From assembly GCF_009834535.1 (NCBI RefSeq), contig NC_045721.1:14446001-14510000 (forward strand): a stretch of DNA of 64,000 bases, given 5' to 3'. The notes below the pieces were generated by a model, which was given only the letters and a program-made list of their open reading frames with translations, was not told the origin of the DNA and ran no database searches. Below, piece by piece: positions 36,462-48,121 of the stretch; positions within the stretch are counted from its first letter, which is position 1, and every line of letters begins with the position of its first letter. Made by a program: the position numbers and the translations under genes. This DNA comes from Camelus ferus. Lineage: Eukaryota.

Positions 36462-39400
36462 CTGAAAAGAGATGAAAAACAAAAAGGGAAGAGGACACTT
36501 AACCTGCTAACTGTTGTAAATTCATAACATTCGCACGCAGCTGTGATAACTCTGGAAGCATGTACACAGGGCTCTCAGGGTACTCAGTTCTCTTGGGACC
36601 ACATTTTCAAATGCAATAGTACAGAAGTGAACGGTAACAGGGAACGAGAGGAAATGCTCTCTAGCAGCAAAAAACCCCCAACTGTCTAGCAAGCAGTAAG
36701 AGAGGTCCTTGAGCAGAGCCTGATACTGAAGTGAAGAGCACCCTTTTGCATGGTGACCAATCAATGCAGGGGCCATAAGGAGAGGAGGCTCTGATTGGCG
36801 GAGGCATCTCTAAGGCGGGCCCGCCAGTAGGGTGGCAGCTACAATACAGACCGAACAGGTAGAGAACCACAGAGAGGAAGTAAATGGACTTGAAGCTTGT
36901 ACTTAACTGGAGCCAATGTCAACTTGTTATTCAAAAATAAGGTCATAACAACTAAATATTAGAATATAATTAACACAAATCACCAAAACAGAAAAACTTT
37001 AGGAAAAACACATTTGAAAAGCTACAGTATAATGAGAATATATTGGAACGCTAATATTTTAAAAAGGCAAAGTAATTTGATAAACATAATTTGAAATGAG
37101 AGCATCCCACCTCTTCACCACCACCACTACCAAAAAAGAATTACTAACAACACCTTACAGAACTTGCACCTAAATACATACCCACACATGCCGTAACAAA
37201 TCCTGAAAGAGCCCTGTCATTTCTCAGGAGCTTGACTTTGGACTTTTTCTAGTCTTCCTTTCCTGATGTGGGTTAGATGGGGTAAAAGGTGCCACTGTAT
37301 CTGTGAGGAGGATGCATGTTCTCAACATCCCAGAGTGCCCATGGACTCGTATGAAATGGGCACAGTAATCCTTACCTCTCTTTTGGTAAGAAATCTGTAT
37401 TTCTGGAGTTTTGGAAGGAAAAAGATTTTTGAGGGCAGAGAAAAGAAGTTTAGATCAATGATTATTTTACCTAAGTAATGGGAAACTGGCTGGTTCCTGG
37501 GGTGAATTCAGGCAATGATGAAGACATATTTTCTTGGGACTATGCCACATGGCAGTAGAAAAACCAGTCCCTTGTCCCACATGGGTATTCCTTCAGAGGG
37601 AAAATAAGCCACACAGAAATAATGACAAGCACAGTGTTTGCTAAAAGTGGAACCCTTAAAATTCAAATACACACACAAATATTTATCGAAGGGGGAAAGG
37701 AACTAACATTAAAAGCAAGAACTACTATGATATTGAGGGTGAAAACTGTATCCCACCATGAGCAGCAGTGGGACACTGGACTGTGAGCCTTGAGAACTGG
37801 ACCATTCACATGGAGAGAAGACTCACACAGGCAGGTGGAGGACAGGGAGCAGCTGACAACTCAGGCCTTTGGGATGAAATTTGGGAAGTTACTTTTTTTC
37901 TTTAAAAAATATTTAGTAAAAGATGATGGCCATGCTGAATGCTACAGAGGACCTTCTTCACATCACTATTTATCAAAAGAGGAAAGAGGGAGTAAACACG
38001 TCCACTTCCGCTGACTTTCCAAAATAACACAAATAAAATGATGGGGCCACAAGCCTCCTTGTGTGAATTCCACGTGAGAGCTCTCTATCTGAAAGTATGC
38101 GATAGAAAGATGTTTTGCATTCAATAAAGGCATCAAAATAGCTATCCTAGTCAGAGAAATCTTGATTTCACACAGCCTTTCGACTTCATTCCCTTGGAAT
38201 TTTCAGAGTTCAGCAAAGTGAAAAACAAAAATTCTAGCTTATCTGAATGCTCGTATCAGAGATAAAATGTCTAATTGAACCACAAACCAGGAGAGGCTCT
38301 GAGTGGACGTTAACAGTCCACAACACCTGCTGAATTTCCAGCACATCTGCTTGTAATCCAACAACTGTCAGTTTGAATGTGGAACTGTGGTGCATCCAAC
38401 TTTAAAATCAAATAGGATATATGGAAATCCTCTCATTAGCCACTGGACAGGGTGTTTCCTCTTTAAAAAAAAAAAAAGCAGCAACTTAAATAGTGTTTAG
38501 TTCTGTTGGCCACTGTGGGTGAGGTGAAGCAGGGACAGGAGGGGAGGAAGGGAAAGAGGAAAAACTGGGTGGGGCGGGTCGGAGGAGCGGGGGTCCCCGC
38601 GGTTAGTACAGCAGTGCGCAGGCAGTGCAGCCGGCCCCAGATGGTGACATCAGCGTGCAGCTGTGGGGAACAGCTGGGCCGAAGCGATGCCTCACACAAA
38701 GGGCTCTCCTTTGAGTTAATTGGCCTGCACTCCTGGGGAAACATTTATTTGGCATAAAGACTCATGAAGCACTTTTGGAAAGAACACACATGTCAACACC
38801 GTGTCAAGGGTTCTCAGGACCCCTGTTGAGTGGACACACTCGGTTGGGGGTGGGGGGGACGGGGCATCAGCCCGTGGTCTCAGTCCCGGACTTCTCCTTG
38901 TACTTAATTACAATTCAGGAGAGGTTTCTATGCCACCCGCACTCGCTCTTACTCCTGTTCTCAGTCTTGTCTCTTCCTTGCTTGTTCTCCAGAGTTCCAC
39001 TCACTTTCAGTCAATTAATCAGACATGCAACACAGCCAAAGCCAAACATAAATCTTTCAGAATTTGGACTGCGCAAGCGAGGAGTTTTTGCACAGTGTTA
39101 GGCGATACTGTTTTCAAGAAGTGATTGCACAACTGCAGGATCCACAGAACAAAGCAGGCCTTCCGTCCTTGTTTTAATCATTCCTTGGGCGACTTTTAAA
39201 AAGCATGTCTGTGATTAAGGGCACCAAGAGGACCACCACTGCCTGTAGACGAATTGATGGATTATAATTTTTGCGCACATGTTGGTAAACCGCAGAAGCT
39301 GTCTTCAGCAATCTACTAATTCAAGTTGGAGAGTTCTCAGAATTAGGAAACAAACGAAAGAAACCAACTCATTTACAAGATCAGCCCAAAACAGAAGGCT

Positions 39401-39974
39401 TCATCACAAGCTGGAACTGGACATTTTCACCCTGAGATGTGCCAGGTCTGAGAGGAACTCGAGGCCAGTGACAGAACAGGAAAAACAGAGAGACACTCCC
39501 TGATGGTTTAAAACATGGATAACTGAGCCAGGAAAAAATACTTCAGAAGAAGTGATGGGAAGCTCGAAATTTTTCCTTTTCACCTATTTGGATGATATCT
39601 AGAGAAGGTCCAGAGCCAGAGTCAAACAGAACCTGGAAAAACAGAACCGGCTTCATCCTGGGTCGTTCAGCAGTTTTCCCTGAGGAGTGAAGTACAGCCA
39701 TCACCTGTTTTGCATAACTGGCCTTTTCTAAGAGGAAGAAGTCAGATTTTTATTACTTCCATCCTTGGAGACTAATTTCCCATTGGTGACTGATAAACGT
39801 GCTGTTTACAGAGAAAAGCATTACACAACTGTGGCCCTAGATTGTTACTGTTGTTTTGAAGTGATGCAGGGCTTTCTTAATCTCTATCTGAGCCGCAGTC
39901 TTCATCATGAAACAACTAGAAATATTTTAATTCTTAGGAACATAAATAGATGCCTTAATAGAACAGCGCTAAAT

Positions 39975-40205
39975 ACTTAGGCTTAAATCTCAACCACACC
40001 ACTTACCAGTTAAGTGATTTGAGCAAATTATTTAAGCTTTTCTAAGCCTGAATTACCTTACTTTGAAAATGGAGTTAATACTAGTGCCTTCCCTGAGGAA
40101 TTAAATAAAATACATGTGGAAAAAAAAAAAAAAAAAAAACCATGTGACGTACCTGGCCAGGTGCCTGACCAGCATAAGTTACACAAGCAGTGTTACTGTT
40201 ACTAC
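39975..40205 (+). mobile_element. MIR SINE fragment with an internal A-run
   Basis: ccacttaccagttaagtgatttgagcaaattatttaagc...tgaaaatggagttaatactagtgcc resembles MIR. Confidence 0.7.
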
Positions 40206-40849
40206 ACTGAGCTTCGCCGAAGTCCACCAATTCAAATGTGTTTGAAGAGTCTTCAAAGACATGCTTGGGGGGGGGGGCCTATGACAACATGTGACAGTTA
40301 AAAAGAAGTGTTGCTTATCTAATATTCAAAGAAGATAAACGCACACATAAACATGTGGACAGAGGACACACCCACCTCAAATTTTCACTTTCTACTACTC
40401 TTGTTCTGGACATTATATGCAATAGAATTTCCCCAACTTTTAGGTAAGTTTATCTAAATTGGACATAAAATACGAAAAAGAAAACTGGGGAGGTAAGGTC
40501 ACTCAGAAGCTCATGCAGAGTTTCGTGATGCCGTACAAGAGATGGTGACAGAGAGCAAAGGGAAACAGGAAAACACAATGACCTCAGCCCCCAGCTGCAC
40601 ACCCACGCCGTCCCCAGACGCGCCCAGCAGGCCGGCCCTGGGTGACAGCCCTTCCTTGAGCAGAGCGCCCTTCTCCCCACCCTCCGCGTGGGAAACGAGA
40701 TGCCTGGTCCAGCTCTTCCTGCTGCTCTGCGCCCCCTCAACCTCTCCCTGGCCCCCTGGCCTGCTTTTAGTTCTGGGCGCCTTCCACTCCTTTCTTCAAC
40801 AGCACACCCTTTGCAGGGTAGACGTGCTTAAAAACAATACTTATAATTG

Positions 40850-41390
40850 TGGAATAAATTTAGATCAACAGAAAAGGTACAAAGAGAAAGTACCAGGAGC
40901 TCCTGCACACCCTTCACCTAGCTTCCCCAAACGTTACCACGCGTCAAAACTACGGTTGTAACATCGGAACAATACTGTTAATACTCTACTACAGACACTT
41001 CACTCAGATGTCACCAGTCTTTCCACTAATGACCTTTTTTAAAGAATAAACTTTTTAAGAATAATTTTAGATTTTCAGAGAAGTTGCAAGGATAGAATAG
41101 TTCCCAGACACCTCTCAGCCAGTTTCCCCAGTGCTGATACCACAGATTACGATGGGGTATTTGTCAAAACTAAGAAACCCACACTGGCATGTTATTATTA
41201 GCGAAACTCCAAACTTTGTCCTCTTTTTTTCTGTTCCAGGCTCCAACCCAAGACAGCACACCACTTAGTCATCACATCTTCATCTTCTCTGATCTGGGAG
41301 TGTATCTTCCCTTGCTTTTCATCATCTTGACAATCTTGAACAGTCAGGTATTTTATGGGATATCCCTCAGTTTGGGCTCGTCTGATACTT
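40850..41390 (-). mobile_element. Two adjacent L1MC-like 3'-end fragments
   Basis: Both 40850-41040 and 41050-41390 resemble the same L1MC4-type tail (ataattttagattt.cagaaaagttgcaa...acccttcacccagtttcccc). Boundaries approximate. Confidence 0.6.
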
Positions 41391-43386
41391 TCTCTGCGTA
41401 TTCCTTTGACCCAGCAATTCTACTAATAAGAATCTGTCTTACAGATTTACTCCCACACATATAAAATGAGGGACATACAAAAATGTTCCAGTGAACAGCC
41501 TCATAACAGCAGCCATTTCTAATGTAAAACATTAGAAATAACCTACTGTCTATCTAGAAGGAACTGGTTATATTCATTATGGTATATCTATATAATGGAA
41601 TAGTTTCCAAAAACTAAAATAATTTTACAGCTGCTTAAAATAAAATAGCAAGGAAGTTCTTTGTGTGTTGACCTTTACGACATGTTGAACAGAAAACAAG
41701 GTGCAGAAGAGCTGCCAACTGTGTGTAAAAGGGAAGGGAAAACAAGTGTATCTCATCTTACTTCCCCGGTACCCCAGCGCCAGAGCCACGAATGGGGACA
41801 CAACCTCCCACTGCAGGAGTGTGATTATTTCATAACACTATTCTACAAAGGGAAATCTGCTCCAGACACACTCCCCCGGCAAGTGACCCTCTCTTGTTGG
41901 TTGCTCTCTTAAACTGGGGTCTAAGTTGCTTGAAACTGGTGATCATAATATACCTGAACAAAGTAACTAAGAGGCCATTTATTAAAAAGTAAATTGCTAC
42001 TTGGTGGAGAGGCAGGGAGCCTACCAAAGAATGACAAACGGGTCAGATGCAGCCCACCTGACAGCAGGCATCTGCAGCCTCCTGCATGTCAGTTTCCCGA
42101 TCCGCCGGGTAGGACTGAATACTGCCCGCTCTGGGGACCTTAAGGGCCGTGAGATACGGTGAAACGGTGCTCTATTTTGTAGAGCGAGTCTTCACAGACT
42201 GTCTGTGGGATGATCGTCTATTCATAAGAGCCTCAGGTTTTCTTTCCCAAAAGGTACTACTTTTCATAAGACTAAGAAATTTGGCAGACATGTGGGAGAG
42301 ACAAAGGTCTTTTTCTAAATTTCAAAATGAGCTACAAATAGATTAGTCTTGGGAATTACAAGAACTGACATGAGCTGATTCAGTCACAACTTAATTAGGA
42401 ATTTAAGTACTTTCACAGAACGCTTGCACTGTTACATCCATTCTCCCATAAATGATACCACCTTACCTTTAAAACTCAGTTCAGACTTTACGAAGTGCAC
42501 ATTTATTATTTCATGTAATATAATATAATCGTGTCTTGAGTTAATGACTCGGGCATTATCTTAAATCTCACTTTACTAGAGAGGGAATGGACGTGGCAGA
42601 ACCGGGTCTAGAGAGCCAGCCGCTCGGCCTTTCTCGATGAGGGTTCTACAGCACTGATCACGGAACCTGATCTGAGTGCCTGTTTCCTCAACTTGAGATG
42701 CATTAAGAGAGAAGTTAATTCATTCATACAATGGATACCTCAGGGTCCTAGGGCTTAATTCCCCTGTGGAAGCTAGAGAGACCGCAGGGTAAGGCAGGTA
42801 AACAATGCTCTTTTTTCCCCTATGAAAAATATTTCCTGGTGAAATCTTATTGGCACGTGGGATGACAGTCTGACTCAGGCACAGATCTTTGCGCAGAGGT
42901 GCCAGCTGGGCCTCCAAGGAGCCTCGGGTTCTCCCTGCCAATAAAAGTCAGCAAAGGCTTTGCTGTTCCTCAGCTTTCTCACTGGCCAGCAACGCACTGC
43001 AGAACAGACGCTCTGCCCATCACAGCAGCACGCATCCCGCGGACAAGCAAAACAGTTAGGCTTGTAAGGGGAGCTGAGTCAAAAGTCTGGCTGAATAACT
43101 GACACAAATGTTCTAAGGTTCCGGGCTGAAGAAAATAAGTTAGGACTTTAAAGAAGTCACATTTCAATCCAAAGAATAAATTTAATGTTAATAAAAAGGT
43201 GAGGACAAATCTTATACTATTCTGCCTCTCCTCCCTGAGGATTCATTTTTAGGGAGCAAGGTTCATGGGGGCAGGTAAATTTGCTGGTGTGCATACGACC
43301 TGGAAGCCTGTGTATAGGAATGGACTCAATTCAGTTGGCACTATTTGGTATTATTCTCTTACTGTGCTTATGTGAGTCTTAACATG

Positions 43387-43406
43387 CACACACACACACA
43401 CACACA
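43387..43406. repeat. (CA)10 microsatellite
   Basis: Read directly from sequence. Confidence 0.95.
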
Positions 43407-43519
43407 TTTTTTTTTTTACATAAAAGAAACAATATTCTGGACAGCTAGTGCCATGTCAAAGTATAGTCCAGGGAGCACCTGCATCAGAATCACCTGGATG
43501 ATCATTAAAAATGGACTCC

Positions 43520-43835
43520 TGAATAAGTCAGGCAGAGAAAGAGACATACTATATGATATTGCTTATATGTGGAATCCAAAAACTACAACAGACTAGTGAA
43601 TATAACATAAAAGAAGCAGGCTCACAGATACAGAGAACAAACTAGTGGTTACCAGCGGCGGTGGGGGACAATACAGGGATGGGGGAGTGGGAGGTGCAGG
43701 CTATCGGGTGTGAGACAGGCCACAAGGTTCCACTGTACAACACAGGGAATTTAGCCAATATTTTGTAATAACTGTAAGTGGAAAGTAACCTTTACAAATT
43801 GTGTAAAAATAAGAAAATTTAAAAATACTTTTTAA
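43520..43835 (+). mobile_element. L1 3' tail inserted into a MER5A-like fossil (about 43460-43520 and 43840-43940)
   Basis: L1 tail text (gagaacaaactagtggttaccag...cacagggaatttagccaatattttg); flanks read gcatcagaatcacctgg and ctgggaatctgctttt...gaagttggaggacca. Confidence 0.75.
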
Positions 43836-44735
43836 AAAAAGTGAATTTCTGGACTCCAGCCCAAGCTACCTGGGTCAGAACTGGGAATCTGCTTTTTATT
43901 CTGGCCTATTTTATCACACAATGAAGTTGGAGGACCATCGTTCTGGACAAATGACATGCAATCAGGAAAAACTGAACTTATCAAAACTGGACAAGTGAGG
44001 AAGAAGAGCAGGACGAGGAAGAAGACTCAAAAGGCGTTCAGAACAGACATGTTTGGAAATACTGTGCATCTATACTGGCGAGAGAACATGGCCTTTCACA
44101 CACACATACAGCAGCCAAAATCTAAATTGAGGACAGACAGACATGGATAGAAAAAAAATGAGCCAAGCCTAGGGTGGAATCGACCCCATCTTCAATCAGC
44201 TCAGTGAGACAGGGAATTCTGTCCTGGCACACAGTTGGTTTTCATTATGTTAATAGATGTTTCATTAAAGTCCATTTCAAAAATCATTTCTGGAATCCTG
44301 CAACTCGAAAGTGACTTGACTAGGCAGAGTTTTAATGTTACTCTAAATATACAACCTTGTTAAACCACACTGTACACAAAACCAGTGACAGAATTAACAC
44401 GTCCCATCAAGGTGTGTGGAAGCCTCAAGTTCACAGACACGGTGAAGTGTTGATTAGATGGTGTGCACACTGCCTTTTCCCTAGGAGATAATAACAAGAT
44501 GTTTTAGTCTAGTAATGCTTCTTGAACTCTTGATTCGAATAAAAAGATCCCAGAAGTAGTCATCAATGCAAACTAGTCTTTATACCAAATGATTCCCCGG
44601 TCTTTCAAACCGTTTCACGATGCTTTCCCTTTTGTGATCAGCAGTTTGGTGGTCTAGTCCGCCTGGATTTTTATCCAGGTGCTCTGCTTACTAGCTTACT
44701 GACCTTAAGAAGGTAACATAACTTTTAGGTCTTGA

Positions 44736-44780
44736 TTTCTTTCTTTCCTCTCTTTTCTCTTCTCTTTTCTCTTTCTTCCT
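44736..44780. repeat. CT-rich simple repeat inside a MIR fragment
   Basis: tttctttctttcctctcttttctcttctcttttctctttcttcct. Confidence 0.85.
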
Positions 44781-45029
44781 TAAATAAAATACAAACCAAG
44801 AGACTTAGAGATGAACCCTGATGTTAGGAAAGAGGAGGCACTCAATGAACGTGACCGCCATACTCATCATTTTTACACACAGAGCGCAAAATCAACTAGG
44901 TTTTTACATCATTATTATGGGAATTCCAGGAATTTCTGGTGAATTAAGGGTTAAAATCTCTTTTGTATCAGGACATAGAAACAATCAAGACAAATATATA
45001 TACATATAAATATGAGTTAGCTATTGATT

Positions 45030-45176
45030 ACTTTTTAAATTATTTTACTTTTAATTTTTTTTGGTGGGGGGAGGTAATTAGGTTCATTTAATTTTGGAGG
45101 AGGTACTGGGGATTGAACCCAGGACCTTGTGTATGCTAAGCATGTGCTCTACCACTTGAGCTATACCCTCCCCCCC
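45030..45176 (-). mobile_element. tRNA-derived camelid SINE (Vic-1-like)
   Basis: Reverse complement reads ggggagggtatagctcaagtggtagagcacatgcttagcatacacaaggtcctgggttcaatccccagtacctcc; TSD agctatt(g/a)att at 45019-45029 and 45177-45187. Confidence 0.92.
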
Positions 45177-47464
45177 AGCTATTAATTCTGATGGCCAAAA
45201 AAAAAATTGTGGAATACAAACTACTTTTTTCTCCATTAATTTAGATGAAAAAATGTGATCCCGATGATTAAGATTAATTTAAAAACAATAGGAACCCCTA
45301 AAGAACATAATTATGGCTCTCTGTTACACCAGCTTGACTCTAGAAAGAATCAGAATGACACATTTATCCCCTATCTCTGAGGCCAAATGTTTGCTGTGGG
45401 TTATGTGACCATTAAATTGAACTGTAATTTATTTCAAGAGCTGACATTTTCAAAATGACCTGATTAACTGGGATTGTCAGGCATCACGGAAAATGTTTCC
45501 AAGAGAATTACAGCTCATCTTACTTTATTACTTATTTTGAGCAGTTTATAGGGAAATATCTGTGCACAGAAACCACCAAGTATTAGCATATTACAAGGAT
45601 AAAGCCAACTTTCCCTAGCTACTTTCCCCAGCACTCAAGCCACTCACTCATGTTCTGAAGAACCAAGCACCAGCTGGCAGAGCTACAAAGATGAGCACAC
45701 CGGCCTTGCCCTGGGAGCACTCCCAGCTCTGGACGGTGAGAAGGGGTCTATAAACAAACACTGGGAAGAGCAGGGGACCTTGAAGGGTGTAGCAGGAGGT
45801 GCCGGTAACTTGCTTGAAAGATTTGGGTGAAACAGCTGAACAAGGTGTTTTATCTAGGGCTTTAAAAATGAGTAATGAAGAGCCTGAGAGGCAAAAATCA
45901 GAAAGGAAGTGGGAAGAGGAGGGAGCCTTTCAGACAGACAGGACCACGGGTGTCACAGAGCACAGATGAGCCCATGGCTGGGATGCGGGGAGGGGAAAGG
46001 AACGAGGCTCAGACATCATGAAGCCACACTGTGACGTCAGGGCCTTCTGGAGTTAACAATCCAAAGGAGGGACAGACAAACAGGAAACTGCGATATAATC
46101 AGCTGAGTACAATATAAGAGATACAAGAAAAGAAGCAAATGGACAGGCATAAAGAAATAGCTTCTTCACTTCTGAGCCCCTCCTTGGGCAGAACTGTGAG
46201 GGTGATGAGGCTGGTTATCAGAGTTGCTGCCTCCCAACGGTCTGTCCTAGGACACTGGTGTGCTGCTTCTGTTCCTAGTGTTCTTGGAAGCTCTCCGTTA
46301 TCTACCTCTTCCCTAAACTCTGCACAGTGCACATTTATTGACCCCACTAGATAAGAGATGGATATGGTTTCATATCCTCTGACTTTATTATAATAAATAT
46401 AAAATTATTAAATTAGAAGGAGAAAAACCCACCACATCATACATGGTGGCTTTAGTATGTCTGGACTTCTTCCCAAAGCCAACACGGAGTCACCCATGTT
46501 TGTCAAAAACATCCAGTAGAGGACACACGTGGGGCTTATTACAGGGACAGCCCTGGTAGCGTGTGGATCGGAGAGAAGCAGGCCTGGAGGCGAGGGGACC
46601 CCTGGGAGGCATTCCCGGTGAGAAACCACAGGACTCAGAACAGTAGCCTCCAGAATGCTGAGGAGGGAGGGATCTGAGCGGTATTCAGAACACAGACTGG
46701 TGTCCTGTGGAGGATGGAGGAAGGGGATGTGATCTCAGTGGGTAGCCTGGGTGGTAAGTGAGTAACACCACCACTGAGTCAGGAAGGCCTGACGACACTG
46801 GACTGGCGTGTCTGGACGCCACTCTTCACTGGGAAGAACGTACCTCCATCTTGGGAGGGAGCGGTCTAGCAAAGCAAGTCTGTGAGTCCTCATCCCAGAG
46901 GCTGTGGTTGAAACCATGGGGACAGATGGGGAAACAGCTGACAGTGAAACCCTTACTGGAACATTATTTCAGGGCAAGAGAAATTATGCTACATCCACTA
47001 GGGAGACTTTCCCAAGTTATTCAACTTGCCCATAGGAAGACTATGAGGCAAGATGGAAAAGTGCTTGACGTAGTTTAAAAGCCAGAGTACACACAATAAC
47101 ATGGAAAGATCGCCAAAGCATGACGTGTGAAAGAAGCCAGACACAGAAAGAATTTATTGTATGTTTCCATTCATGTCACATTCCAGAACAGGCAAAACTA
47201 ACCTCCAGGGATAAAAATCAGATCAGTGTTTGCTTCTACAGGGAGAGGGTCTACTGGAAACCTAACTTAAAGGTGCAGGTTATATGACTGTATGTGTTTG
47301 TCAAAACAGATGGTATATAGTCATATAAACAAAGGAATGTGCAAAAATGAGTTACGTCAGGGTAATGGAGCTATGGGCTATTTCCCTCTCACTCCACAAT
47401 TTGAGTTAATCTTCACACATTGTTCTTACATAAAAGTTACTTTAAAACCTAAAATGCCCATAAA

Positions 47465-47600
47465 GGGGAGGGTGTAGCTCAGAGGTAGAGCACATGCTTA
47501 GTATGCACGAGGTCCTGGGCTCAATTTCCAGTACCTCCTCTAAAAATAAACAAATAAATAAATCTAATTACCTTCCCTCTCCCTCCAAATAAAATAATTT
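47465..47600 (+). mobile_element. tRNA-derived camelid SINE (Vic-1-like)
   Basis: ggggagggtgtagctcagaggtagagcacatgcttagtatgcacgaggtcctgggctcaatttccagtacctcc plus an AAAT-rich tail; TSD degraded. Confidence 0.9.
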
Positions 47601-47961
47601 AAAGAAGTAGAATAAAATGTCGTAAGTATTTATCAATTACCCATGAAAATGGAAATCATATTATACTTTTTTTTCCCCACAGGAGGCAGGGAAGAATCTG
47701 TGCAATTAAAGAGCTTACTATCTAATCTAAAGATGAAGGAAAAACACAAGATAAAATAAATGCAGGAAAAAGTAACAAGTGCTCACTGGAGCCTTGTGGT
47801 TTTGTTCTGAGGAGACCAAGAGGGGGCTTTAAAGAGTTTTTGCAGAAACAAATGGTGAGTCACTCGGCTTGTGAGGGTTAACAAGTGAGAAGACAGTGGG
47901 AAAGTCAGTGGAGGGGACAATTTTGGAGGCAGTTAGACGTGAAGATCGAAAGTGCAGACTT

Positions 47962-48121
47962 GGAGGGAGGATATAGCTCAGTGGCAGAGCATGTGCTTAT
48001 TAGCAAGCACGAGGTCCTGGGTTCAATCCCGAGCACCTCCATTAAAAAATGTAAATAAATAAATCAATGTAATTAACCCCCCCCAAAAAAGAATTAAAGA
48101 AAAATTTTTAAAAAATTTTAA
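47962..48121 (+). mobile_element. tRNA-derived camelid SINE (Vic-1-like)
   Basis: A box TAGCTCAGTGG, B box GGTTCAATCCC; TSD aaa(g/c)tgcagactt at 47949-47961 and 48122-48134. Confidence 0.92.
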
